The notes: generated from the sequence alone by a model not told the origin. Positions 9,190 through 18,356 are shown, numbered from the stretch's first letter. The stretch is 64,000 nt of DNA from Candidatus Micrarchaeia archaeon (GCA_049964795.1 JBMFWY010000002.1:1-64000); one strand, 5' to 3'. Translations and numbers: made by a program.

Positions 9190-10296
9190 ATGCCTACAAA
9201 AAGCGTTGACCGTGATCTTTCATATCTAAGGGGCAAGGAAATCGGCCAAAATGGAGGTTTTGAGGCTTTCAAAAAGAATGTTGAAAGCGAGATAAGGGGC
9301 ATTGCAGAAAGGTATTTGGATAAAATTGGGGAAGAAGACGAACGTGAAAGGCTGCTTTATTACCTTAAAATAGAGAACAGCAGTTTCAGAAGGCCTTTGA
9401 ATCTCATTCTGACAGGCATGGCCTTAGGGGCAGAGAAAGAGGAGCTAATGCTTCTTGCTTCTGCCATACAGCTCTCTCAGGAATTTATATTGATGGCTGA
9501 TGATTTCATAGACGATTCGCAGTTTAGGCGTGGCAAAGATTCATACCATTTCGCTTACGGTAATGAGAATACCATAAATGATGCACTTATGCTTCTTTCT
9601 GTAACCTGGGAGATGATTTCAGATTACGTGGATTATAGAAGGGACTTTTTAGGAGACAACGAAGCAAACAGAATAAGGAAAAAATTTTATGAGGTGGGAA
9701 AGCTTACTTATAGTGGGGAAAGCATGGACATAAACATGCTTAAAAGGGCAGGCTCGCTGGGAAAAATAAGTTATGAGGATGTTATAGAGATGATAAGCCT
9801 AAAGACCTCTGCATATACTGTTTGGGGGCCGATGCAGCTTGGCGCGCTTGCCGCCGGGGCAAATGAAAGAGTATTGAATGCGATAAAAGAAATAGGTGAA
9901 CCGGCAGGCATAGCCTTCCAGATACTAGATGACATAAAGGATTTTAAAGATACTAAAGAGCAGCTGGGTAAGGAACCTTTCAGCGACATATGGGAGAGCA
10001 AGCCGACTATAGTAATACTCAGAGCGTATGACAGTGCTACAGAAGAAGAGAAAGAGGAGCTAAACCGCATTTACATGAAAAGCAAAAAAGAAAAAACAGA
10101 AGCAGAAATAAAAAAAGTGATTGGGCTAATTGAAAAGTATAAAGGCGTTGAATATGCGAGCGAAGAGGCACAGAAATGGATAGGCAAAGCTGCGGAAAAG
10201 TTCGTAAAATATGATTCTGATAAGGATTTCAGAAAATGTGTAAAAAGCCCGACCTACTTGAGCTGGTTGCTTACTTCTATAGCATTGGTGCCCTAA
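9190..10296 (+). CDS. polyprenyl synthetase family protein, atypical
   Basis: FARM DDFIDD followed by RRGK, KTS, SARM FQILDDIKD; canonical GKRxRP replaced by NSSFRRP. Confidence 0.85.
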   Translation: MPTKSVDRDLSYLRGKEIGQNGGFEAFKKNVESEIRGIAERYLDKIGEEDERERLLYYLKIENSSFRRPLNLILTGMALGAEKEELMLLASAIQLSQEFILMADDFIDDSQFRRGKDSYHFAYGNENTINDALMLLSVTWEMISDYVDYRRDFLGDNEANRIRKKFYEVGKLTYSGESMDINMLKRAGSLGKISYEDVIEMISLKTSAYTVWGPMQLGALAAGANERVLNAIKEIGEPAGIAFQILDDIKDFKDTKEQLGKEPFSDIWESKPTIVILRAYDSATEEEKEELNRIYMKSKKEKTEAEIKKVIGLIEKYKGVEYASEEAQKWIGKAAEKFVKYDSDKDFRKCVKSPTYLSWLLTSIALVP

Positions 10297-10382
10297 GAAT
10301 AAGATAGGGTGCGAGTAGGATTGCCCAGTAGGATAAATGCCATAAAGGTAAAAAAAAAGGCGCCTAAAACTGTTGAGAGTTC

Positions 10383-11339
10383 TTACAATGCTTGTTCCTT
10401 GTTTTCTATCCTGTCCATTATCTCGTTGCCAAGCAGCTCCCTTGCTTTTTTCGCAGAAAGCACCCTAAGCCCTTTCTTTTTGGCATAAATGCACTGATAA
10501 CGTATGTACTGCTCATTTATGCGCGTATCTGGATTTGCCTGCTTGCATTTTTCTATGTAATTAGAGATCACGTTTACTGCTTCGTCAACGCTTAACCCTT
10601 TTACATTTACGAAGTAAGGAGCTAGCACCTGATTTACTATCCTGTGCCTTCCGTCAAGTATAGGATAGTTTAGGAGTCTTTCTACCCATACTATTCCTTT
10701 ACTTGAAGGAGTCCTTTTGACCTCCTGTTCGCGCATCCTGAAAGGATGGAATTTGTAAAATGCGACTACTTCCTTAGGCAATTCGCTTATAGGTATAGGC
10801 AAACCGGCTTTTATCTTGCTTTTGAAAGCATTGGAAAGTACTGCAACCATGCCGTTTTTGTCTAAGTATACAAACCCTTTGTAAAGCTTCTGATTTGCAA
10901 GAGAGTATTCATTAGCTTGCGGTTTATATTTCAGGTAATCTGCGAAACCTATAGTGAATTCTTGCCCTTCTTTTGAAAGATTTATACCAAGCTCAATGCC
11001 AAGCCTACTTATATTTTGAATGCTATCGCTCTTCGCTGCATCTGCGCTTCTCTTCGCTTCCGCCTCTGCAAATTTTTCCACGAAAGCATAATCCTGCCTG
11101 GCACTTACAAGCATCCTGGCATAAAGATAGGTTACAAGGTAATCCTTCTTGACATAATCGCTTCCTGTATCAACAAAATAGGTACTTTTTCCGGCAAGCA
11201 TAAATTCTATGTGCTCCTTGGCCTGGGACAGATGAACATCGTCTATCCTTGCGCCGGGGGAGAGTAGGTCTGCGACCACCTTTTTCGCCTCGTCCGAAAA
11301 AGGATACTTGTATGCAAAATCCAAATCGATATTTGGCAT
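10383..11339 (-). CDS. priL: DNA primase large subunit with a PriX-like C-terminus
   Basis: N-terminal YKYPFSDEAK and LANQKLYKGFVYL as in PriL; C-terminal DGRHR..APYFVNVKGLS..YAKKKGL. Confidence 0.8.
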   Translation of the reverse strand: MPNIDLDFAYKYPFSDEAKKVVADLLSPGARIDDVHLSQAKEHIEFMLAGKSTYFVDTGSDYVKKDYLVTYLYARMLVSARQDYAFVEKFAEAEAKRSADAAKSDSIQNISRLGIELGINLSKEGQEFTIGFADYLKYKPQANEYSLANQKLYKGFVYLDKNGMVAVLSNAFKSKIKAGLPIPISELPKEVVAFYKFHPFRMREQEVKRTPSSKGIVWVERLLNYPILDGRHRIVNQVLAPYFVNVKGLSVDEAVNVISNYIEKCKQANPDTRINEQYIRYQCIYAKKKGLRVLSAKKARELLGNEIMDRIENKEQAL

Positions 11340-11463
11340 GTTGTTTATTTCTCAGGAAAAATAGATAATTATAATCCCAAGCCAATTCTGCTTAAATATC
11401 AAACAGTTATATCGGCGCAGAAACAAATATAAAGAATCATCGTGAAAGCTAAGATGTATGCGA

Positions 11464-11536
11464 GGGGCTGTACGCTAACCTGGCAGACTGCCAGCCTCGG
11501 GCGCTGGTTGTCCGAGTTCAAATCTCGGCAGCCCCA
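11464..11536 (+). tRNA. tRNA-Pro(CGG)
   Basis: Acceptor GGGGCTG/CAGCCCC-A, anticodon arm CCAGC-CT-CGG-GC-GCTGG, T arm CCGAG-TTCAAAT-CTCGG. Confidence 0.92.
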
Positions 11537-11652
11537 TACCTTGTCTTAGGATTAGAATAAGTATACAGTCTAAGATTGACGCTATTGTGCTTTTGTCCTG
11601 ATTAGCATATTGAATAAAAGTAGCATAGCGGTAAAATAAAAACGAATGATTA

Positions 11653-12003
11653 TTATTTGAATAATTCGGCGATTGCGTCACGATAATTTCCAGCGGCAAA
11701 ATGCAGGTGCACCCCTAATTTTGTGAGCATGCGCTGCATATCTGGACCTGCTCCTGCTGCAATTATATCGCTTACCTTGTGTTCGCGCATGAATTTCGCT
11801 ATGCTTGCGTGATGCAGGCCTTCTTGCTCTGCTTGATGCAATTCGTCCCACTTTACATCAATTTCTTCCGGCTTTCCTACCATATTTCCGTCGATTGAAA
11901 CTATTGCAACGCGCGGGGCCCTACCTATTCCAGTAAGAATTCCGTCCTTGTCTATTGTAGAAAGGACAACTCTTTTTTCCTCTTCTGGCTGCGAAGCTTC
12001 CAT
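11653..12003 (-). CDS. NifB/NifX (dinitrogenase FeMo-cofactor-binding) family protein
   Basis: GIGRAPRVAIV and VSDIIAAGAGPDMQRMLTKLGV pattern typical of the family. Confidence 0.7.
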   Translation of the reverse strand: MEASQPEEEKRVVLSTIDKDGILTGIGRAPRVAIVSIDGNMVGKPEEIDVKWDELHQAEQEGLHHASIAKFMREHKVSDIIAAGAGPDMQRMLTKLGVHLHFAAGNYRDAIAELFK

Positions 12004-12137
12004 TATAACACCACAATGACATTGCGATAGACTATTTTTGCAAGCAACATATTAAAGTTATAGCCACGTTTGGATATATACTTCAAACTGCAATATCTTT
12101 TTAATTCTTTATAGAGCAAGAATATTGAGGTGAGCAC

Positions 12138-12881
12138 GTGTTCGAACTAAAGATAGATGACGCCAGGTACTGGAAAAATTGTGTTGATGCTATAGGAAGC
12201 CTTGTTGACGAAGGCGCGTTCAATATTTCAAAAGAAGGAGTTGCGCTAAAGGCAATGGATCCCTCTGGGATAAGCATGGTCTCTTTTTTTATACCTAACA
12301 AGGCATTTTCCAAATACAATGTAGAGAAAGAAACTAGCGTAGGCCTCAATTTTGATACTCTTGTGAAGGTGCTTGCGAGCTCTATAGGAGGCGAGCAGTT
12401 AGTAATGAAAGATTCGAATAACAAGTTCCTCCTTGAATTTGTAGGACAGGGCAGCAAGAGGAGGTATAGACTGCCTATGATAGAAGTAAGAAAAGAGCCA
12501 GAGAAGGAACCAAAAATAGATTTTGAGTCCTCAGTGGAGCTAAAGAGCGATGCGTTTAAGGAGATGTTAAAGCACGCTAACCTTATGTCTGCATACATAG
12601 GCTTCAAAGCAGACAAGAACATGTTTTCAGTAGTGGCAAAAGGCGATGCCGGAGACCTGGAAGAAGAGCATGAAGGAAGCGGCGAAATAGTAAAGAAGAT
12701 CGAATCGCAGAAAGCCTCTTCCGCCACGTTCAACCTTGATTATCTTACTAAAATAGTTGGAGCAGCACCTGCAGATTCGACAGTTTCAATACACCTCAAG
12801 ACTGATGAACCTATGAAAGTGGATTACAAGATAGGAGATGCAAATGTGCTTTACTACCTTGCTCCGTATATAGAAAGCTGA
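12138..12881 (+). CDS. pcn: DNA polymerase sliding clamp PCNA
   Basis: AMDPSGISM, C-terminal YYLAPYIE, 247 aa; GAGGTGA SD. Confidence 0.96.
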   Translation: MFELKIDDARYWKNCVDAIGSLVDEGAFNISKEGVALKAMDPSGISMVSFFIPNKAFSKYNVEKETSVGLNFDTLVKVLASSIGGEQLVMKDSNNKFLLEFVGQGSKRRYRLPMIEVRKEPEKEPKIDFESSVELKSDAFKEMLKHANLMSAYIGFKADKNMFSVVAKGDAGDLEEEHEGSGEIVKKIESQKASSATFNLDYLTKIVGAAPADSTVSIHLKTDEPMKVDYKIGDANVLYYLAPYIES

Positions 12882-12917
12882 TGCACGGAAATAGTGAAAG
12901 CAGAAATTGGGGATTTT

Positions 12918-13439
12918 ATGAAGCTTCTTGTGTTCATTGCACCTAACGATTTCAAGGACGAGTCCCTTGATATGGTAAAGATGTTTCTCGAGAGGTGGAA
13001 GGTAGACAACGTGCTGACAAGCTACAGCAAGAAGGACTGCGTTGGCTATCACGGTGCAGTTTACACTCCGCAGGTAAACACAAACAAAGTAGACCCTTCG
13101 GAATATGACGGTATACTACTTGTTGACGGAAAGGGAATAGAAACGTACAAGCTCTATGAATTCAGGCCGCTGCTCGACCTTGTAACGCAGTTCAACAATA
13201 GCGGAAAGCTTATTTGCTCTATAGGCAATGCAACAAAAATAGTTGCTAGGGCAAACATAATAAAAGGAAGAAAAATTGCAAAGCCGGAAGACGAAGAAAC
13301 CAAGAGAATGGTGCTACTTTTCCATGGCGTGCCTGCGGATGAAAGCGTTGCGATATCTGACAACATAATTACAGTAAGCAGTAGTGATGGCCTGGAAAAC
13401 GGAATGACAAGCCTTCTTGAAAGAATAGGGGTAAAATAA
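12918..13439 (+). CDS. DJ-1/PfpI family protein, lacking the catalytic Cys
   Basis: YDGILLVDG and GKLICSIGNA..GRKI fold signature; ATG at 12918 preferred over GTG at 12894. Confidence 0.78.
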   Translation: MKLLVFIAPNDFKDESLDMVKMFLERWKVDNVLTSYSKKDCVGYHGAVYTPQVNTNKVDPSEYDGILLVDGKGIETYKLYEFRPLLDLVTQFNNSGKLICSIGNATKIVARANIIKGRKIAKPEDEETKRMVLLFHGVPADESVAISDNIITVSSSDGLENGMTSLLERIGVK

Positions 13440-13453
13440 CAACAACATCGTTG

Positions 13454-13474
13454 CTTTTTTTTCGTTTTTTTTTT
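13454..13474 (+). terminator. oligo-T terminator candidate after the PCNA-DJ-1 genes
   Basis: Two long T runs directly after the stop codon at 13439. Confidence 0.5.
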
Positions 13475-13530
13475 TGGTAGCGACTTTCTGCAGAGTTTAG
13501 AAATTAGTAGGTAATTTGTTGGAGGGAGGC

Positions 13531-13854
13531 ATGAAAAATCTTATAAAGCAGATAGCAGCAGAGAGGATAGAGATACTTTTAGGGCTTGCGGAAAAGGAGA
13601 AAGACCCATATTCTGAATATGCAAAATATTATGTAAGGCTTGCTAGGAGGATCAGCGAGCATTATAAGATAACCATAAATAAAAAGAGGTATAAGGTATG
13701 CAAAAACTGCAACGCGCTCCTTATTCCTGGCAGAAACGCCGTGGTAAGAGTAAGTTCTTACGGGTATATAGTATACAGATGTGAGAGATGTGGCAAAGAA
13801 GTTCATTTACACTATTATAAGCCAGGCACGCTATTTCCCAAGAATGGACGCTAG
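13531..13854 (+). CDS. rnp4: RNase P protein component 4 (Rpp21)
   Basis: IAAERIEILL, CKNC..LIPG and CERCG zinc ribbon; GGAGG SD before ATG 13531. Confidence 0.92.
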   Translation: MKNLIKQIAAERIEILLGLAEKEKDPYSEYAKYYVRLARRISEHYKITINKKRYKVCKNCNALLIPGRNAVVRVSSYGYIVYRCERCGKEVHLHYYKPGTLFPKNGR

Positions 13855-14238
13855 CTCTTTCGCGTCATCGAAATCGAGCTCATGATTTCGCCCAAAATTG
13901 AAGTTTCGCTTTTCTCCGGCATATCGTGGGATTACATGTATGTGTGCATGTCCTACTATCTGTCCTGCTTGCGCACCTATATTAGAGCTGATATTTATCC
14001 CTATCGCATGCAGTTTTTCCTTCGCTTTGATGGCAAACTCTTTTGCTTTCAAGAACATGTGCGAGGTAATCTCGTCAGGCATTGAAAGCACATCAGGATA
14101 GTGGTTGCGCGATATGACAAGCATGTGCCCTTTTGAAATAGGAAATTTATCAAGTATTATTGCGCATTTCTCGTCCTCGTACAATATATTACCTTCGGCT
14201 TTTCCTTCCAGGATCTTGCAAAATATGCAATCTGACAT
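13831..14238 (-). CDS. HIT family nucleotide hydrolase
   Basis: CIFC N-terminus and HAHIHVIPR histidine triad. Confidence 0.93.
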   Translation of the reverse strand: MSDCIFCKILEGKAEGNILYEDEKCAIILDKFPISKGHMLVISRNHYPDVLSMPDEITSHMFLKAKEFAIKAKEKLHAIGINISSNIGAQAGQIVGHAHIHVIPRYAGEKRNFNFGRNHELDFDDAKELASILGK

Positions 14239-14247
14239 GAACGCACC

Positions 14248-15417
14248 TTATGGCTGTATCCAGTCTATTTCGTAATATTCGTATTCGCTGCCTGGTAATT
14301 CTATGCGCCTTGCCTTGTAATAAGTAACCGCGGTCTCTCGGTCTGCAATTGCCATTACAAGCTCGAGTTTCAACTGCTTTGCTTCATTGATTATGGCAGA
14401 AAGCTCGCTACCCCCTATGTATTCGTTCTCGCTAAGCGAAAGCATCGCATATTTGGGCTTATCTACCCCTGGCTTTTCTATATTGCCTCCTTTCCTGTGG
14501 AAAAGCACGAAGTCTATTGAGAGTTTCTTCTTCCTGCTTTTGCCGGGTATTGCGAGTATGAAGGTTTTCCTTACAGAATGCGCAACACGTATTGCCCTCG
14601 CCCATTCGGAGATCAGCATCTTTACGTCCCTAGGGAAGACATGCACGACATGCTTTGAGTGCTGCCATTCTCCACCAGCCTTGACTGGATTTGCACCTGG
14701 AAAATATATCCTAAAATGGGTACCGAACTTGAATCCAGTCTTCACGACATAGCCCTTGCTTCTCCAATCTACGTATATTTGGAACAGCTTGAAAAAATCA
14801 GGACGCCACTTAGATGCAAGTGCAAAAACCTCTGGCTTTGTATAATTTGAAAGGGAAAGCACTCCGTTTTCCATCAAAAAGAGTGTTTCAAATATGTCCG
14901 TTTTATTTAAGGTGCCGTGCCCGCTTACTTTGTATGTGCCATATTGGCCTATCCAGTATTTCTCATAGAGCTCCTTGCCGGCTTCAGCGTCCTCTATTAT
15001 TGCGGTCATGTCCCCGGGAAAGAAAGTACCTATGATTTTCTGCTGGCGAAGCTTAAGCTTTGAGGAGGGATATCTTTTTACAGGAACCTGCCCTTCGGGC
15101 TTTAAGCTTGAAAGATATGCGCTGCCCTTTGCTATAAGGCCCCTATCCTTCCAGTCCTTATAGGTAAAATAGCGTGCCATGAGCTTTTTGGTAGAGGAAA
15201 AAAGCGATGCGTATGCATTGAAAGAAAGCTCTTTGCCTTTGCTGTCCACGCATCTTGCATTCCTGACATCGAGCAGGTACAGCACTTCTTCAACGTCCAA
15301 AAGCATTTTGCCATCTTTTATCTCTCCGAACTCCCCTGTGCGCAATATGTCAAAAGTGGACTGATCCGCAGGCTCTGTCTTTCTCATTGCACTGTTATAT
15401 TTTAGCTCTAACGGCAT
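14248..15417 (-). CDS. endA: tRNA splicing endonuclease, three-unit epsilon2 (ARMAN) type
   Basis: KTGFKFGTHFRIY, HS and RVAHSVRK catalytic unit; GTYKVSGH loop; 389 aa. Confidence 0.92.
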   Translation of the reverse strand: MPLELKYNSAMRKTEPADQSTFDILRTGEFGEIKDGKMLLDVEEVLYLLDVRNARCVDSKGKELSFNAYASLFSSTKKLMARYFTYKDWKDRGLIAKGSAYLSSLKPEGQVPVKRYPSSKLKLRQQKIIGTFFPGDMTAIIEDAEAGKELYEKYWIGQYGTYKVSGHGTLNKTDIFETLFLMENGVLSLSNYTKPEVFALASKWRPDFFKLFQIYVDWRSKGYVVKTGFKFGTHFRIYFPGANPVKAGGEWQHSKHVVHVFPRDVKMLISEWARAIRVAHSVRKTFILAIPGKSRKKKLSIDFVLFHRKGGNIEKPGVDKPKYAMLSLSENEYIGGSELSAIINEAKQLKLELVMAIADRETAVTYYKARRIELPGSEYEYYEIDWIQP

Positions 15418-15472
15418 TTGTCCACCTTTTCAACATGCGGATATGCTGCTTTCCATTGCGCTAGTACTTTTG

Positions 15473-16228
15473 TTAGTAAATACTTTTTATTATTTCCGAC
15501 TCTATGTCGGAAAGCTCTGTGGGTATTACCATGGAGGTCCTTCCGCTTCCTAGCTGAAGGCTTTTAGCTTCATTTATGGTGCAATATACCTTCCTTTCTC
15601 CTTTTTGGGAGAGGTTGTGCAAGATTATTATCTTTGCATCTTGAGTTGCAATGCCTTCTTTATAGTGCTTTTCTGCTTCTTCAAGCACATTAATAGCCTG
15701 TGAAAGAGGCATAGAGTTGCCTGAAGAAGAGGAGAAGTCGAAAAGGACAAGGCTGTGCAGCTTGCTCTTGCGGTTGCGGCTTATTGTTTCATAAAAAGAC
15801 ACGGGCTTATAATGCTCGCTCCATGTTGGTATAGTGCATATTTGCCCAAATCTATAAAAATCGAGACCACTTTCTCCTATCGCGGCGGAAAGCACTGAGG
15901 AGGAATGCAATATTCCGACAGCTACGCCTAGCCTTTTTGCCTCTATGAAAAGTATCTTGTGCGTTGTTGCTACTAGCGGGTCGCCCCCACAAAGCAGGGC
16001 TACATCCTCATTTGAAGCTTGCTCTACAAGCTTTCGCGCCTTTTCCTCCAGATCGCTTCGCTCCAGCGCAATCGCCTGCTTGCCTGCAAGCGATTCTATC
16101 CAAGACAGATATTCTTTGCTTATGAAGCTAGTATGATGCTCTACAAAAAGCTTGGAACGTTTGCAAACTTCAAGCGCGCGCTGAGAAATGTCGCCTTCGG
16201 CAAGTCCCGTACCGACTAAGTAAAGCAA
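15473..16228 (-). CDS. dph5: diphthine synthase
   Basis: MLYLVGTGL, GDPLVATTH, GLDFYRFG, LHSLVLFD. Confidence 0.93.
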   Translation of the reverse strand: MLYLVGTGLAEGDISQRALEVCKRSKLFVEHHTSFISKEYLSWIESLAGKQAIALERSDLEEKARKLVEQASNEDVALLCGGDPLVATTHKILFIEAKRLGVAVGILHSSSVLSAAIGESGLDFYRFGQICTIPTWSEHYKPVSFYETISRNRKSKLHSLVLFDFSSSSGNSMPLSQAINVLEEAEKHYKEGIATQDAKIIILHNLSQKGERKVYCTINEAKSLQLGSGRTSMVIPTELSDIESEIIKSIY

Positions 16229-16334
16229 TTTACCACTGTCAAATAGCGTTAATACCTGCAGTTTTACTTGTTCTGCAGAACGGATTTAAAAAACATGCGA
16301 AATTCGACAAAAGAAAGTGCATTGGCTTATTAGG

Positions 16335-17285
16335 CTATTCGGATATACCCTTTGGCGTTATCTTTATAACACATTCCCCTTCCGGCACGCTCGGCGAATC
16401 GACAAGTCTTACGATTCTCTTGTCCTCCTTGCTTTTCCTTAGATATAGCATGGTCGTGGCCGCATGCGCCAGCACGTTGCCTCCTATCGGTGTTGTAGGA
16501 TCGCCGAACATTATCGCGGGATTGTCCATCACTTGATTTGTGACATATACCGCAAGATTGTACTTGTCCGCAAGGGTTTGAAGCTTATGGAGGTGCATAT
16601 TGAGCTTCTGTTGCCTCTCCCCCAATGCGCCCCTACCCACAAACTCCGATCGGAACAAAGCAGTCAACGAGTCTACAATTATGAGCTTGATATTTTTCTC
16701 TTGTATGAGCTTGTCCGCACGTTCTATCGCAAGAGTCTGCTCTGGAGTAGTGGAAGCTTTTACAACGTATATGTTTGACAGCACCTTTTCAGGATCGAGA
16801 CCTTGCGCCTTTGCTATTTCTTCTATCCTTTCAGGCCTGAAAGTGCTTTCGGTATCGATAAACAGCACGTTTCCACCTAATCCACCCTTATCCCTTGGCA
16901 ATTGGACGTTTACCGCGAGCTGGAAGCCGAGCTGGGTCTTTCCGCTTGCAAACCTTCCGTAAGTTTCGGTTATGCCGTTTGTTTCCACGCCTCCTCCTAT
17001 AAGTTCATCAAGATCTTTGGATCCTGTAGTTATCCTGCCTATCTCTTTTCTTTTCTCCGAGATTTCTTCTCCTGTAAGGAAATTTACGGTTGTAGACTCC
17101 TGGGCCGCCTGTATCGCCTTTTTTGCAGCTTCCACGTTTATTCCGGCAACTTCGGAAAGTTCAGCAGGTATAGAAGCAGCGACTTTGTCAAGAGAATCTA
17201 TACCGGCTGCACGCAGCTTTGCTGCAGTAGTCTCGCCTATTCCTGGCAGATCTTCTAGCTCTCTTATGGCTTTGTCTTTAGCCAT
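16335..17285 (-). CDS. radA: DNA repair and recombination protein RadA
   Basis: N-terminal HhH, Walker A GRFASGKTQ, IDTESTFRPER, IGGNVLAH. Confidence 0.96.
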   Translation of the reverse strand: MAKDKAIRELEDLPGIGETTAAKLRAAGIDSLDKVAASIPAELSEVAGINVEAAKKAIQAAQESTTVNFLTGEEISEKRKEIGRITTGSKDLDELIGGGVETNGITETYGRFASGKTQLGFQLAVNVQLPRDKGGLGGNVLFIDTESTFRPERIEEIAKAQGLDPEKVLSNIYVVKASTTPEQTLAIERADKLIQEKNIKLIIVDSLTALFRSEFVGRGALGERQQKLNMHLHKLQTLADKYNLAVYVTNQVMDNPAIMFGDPTTPIGGNVLAHAATTMLYLRKSKEDKRIVRLVDSPSVPEGECVIKITPKGISE

Positions 17286-17666
17286 TAAAAACACGCAGGG
17301 GATTGCAATAACTTTATCCTCAAATAAGTATTTAAACTGTTTTATTGATTGTACGCCGTCTCTGGCTGTTTAGAATGCGGCACGGGCTATTGCAAAGAAA
17401 GTGTAAAGTTAAGGAAGAGAGATAAAAAGTGGAGCGGGTAATGCCCAAGTTCTGAAAATGCACAAGGCAGGAGTTAAGATAAGTATTAAAAAATACAATC
17501 TTTCAAAGTATAGAAGTATAAGAATGAGTGCCAGCGTGGGAACCACGCTGGCAAGGCGACCAGTTCTTTACGACCCTCCTACTTAGAGAATTCGCAATTA
17601 TATACGCCAAAAACACATTTAAAAAACTTTGCTATTAGTGGAATTTTTCCACAAAAATGGAATAAT

Positions 17667-18356
17667 ATGACATTCCTTACGCTAGACAAGAAAGGAGTAA
17701 TAATGGGTTTGCTCCTAGCGGCGGCTTTCCTGATAGTGGGAGGCAATCTAGGGGTATTTTTCATAGCTGTAATGCTTTATTTTCTTATTGCTTCGGCGAT
17801 CGTAACGCATGCAGGTACGGACAATAAAAAAAGCATGCACCTTTATCAAAAAAGCAGGGGGGTGAAGAATGTATTGGCAAACGGCATACCTCCGCTTGCT
17901 TTTGCTGCGCTTTTCGGGCTTGAAAAAAGCTTCGGCTCGAGTCACGTGCTTGCAATTGCATCTATTGTAGGATTTGTGGCGAGCATAGCTGCAGTGACCG
18001 CTGATAAATTCAGTAGCGAACTAGGTGTGTTGGACGGAACTCCGAGATCTATCATAACAGGAAAGGAAGTCAAAAAAGGGGTATCAGGAGGGGTAACAGG
18101 ACTGGGGCTGGCTTCTGGCCTTGCAGGCTCTATGCTTATGTCCCTTTCGCTTTTAGCGCTGCCTTTTGGATACGGCGTAAATGTGCCGGCTGTAATGGCT
18201 ATTGTAGTTATCCTGGCGGGGTTCTCAGGAACGATAATAGACTCTTACTTGGGCTATTTTGAGGAAAAGGGCATAGGCACCAAGTATACCACCAACTTCT
18301 TATGCGGCATAAGCGGAGGCATAGTAGGCTTGTTACTGTACCTGCTTGTAGTATAG
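17667..18356 (+). CDS. DUF92 / TMEM19 family membrane protein
   Basis: RGVKNVLANG, ADKFSSELG, GVSGGVT, DSYLG motifs. Confidence 0.88.
   Translation: MTFLTLDKKGVIMGLLLAAAFLIVGGNLGVFFIAVMLYFLIASAIVTHAGTDNKKSMHLYQKSRGVKNVLANGIPPLAFAALFGLEKSFGSSHVLAIASIVGFVASIAAVTADKFSSELGVLDGTPRSIITGKEVKKGVSGGVTGLGLASGLAGSMLMSLSLLALPFGYGVNVPAVMAIVVILAGFSGTIIDSYLGYFEEKGIGTKYTTNFLCGISGGIVGLLLYLLVV

Noticed and set aside
11475-11699. 74-aa ORF, and similarly 19175-19444
   Set aside because: Antisense shadows of tRNA genes
17415-17450. GATAAAAAGTGGAGCGGG resembling the 3' part of a twister ribozyme
   Set aside because: The 5' cleavage strand and pseudoknot partners could not be found
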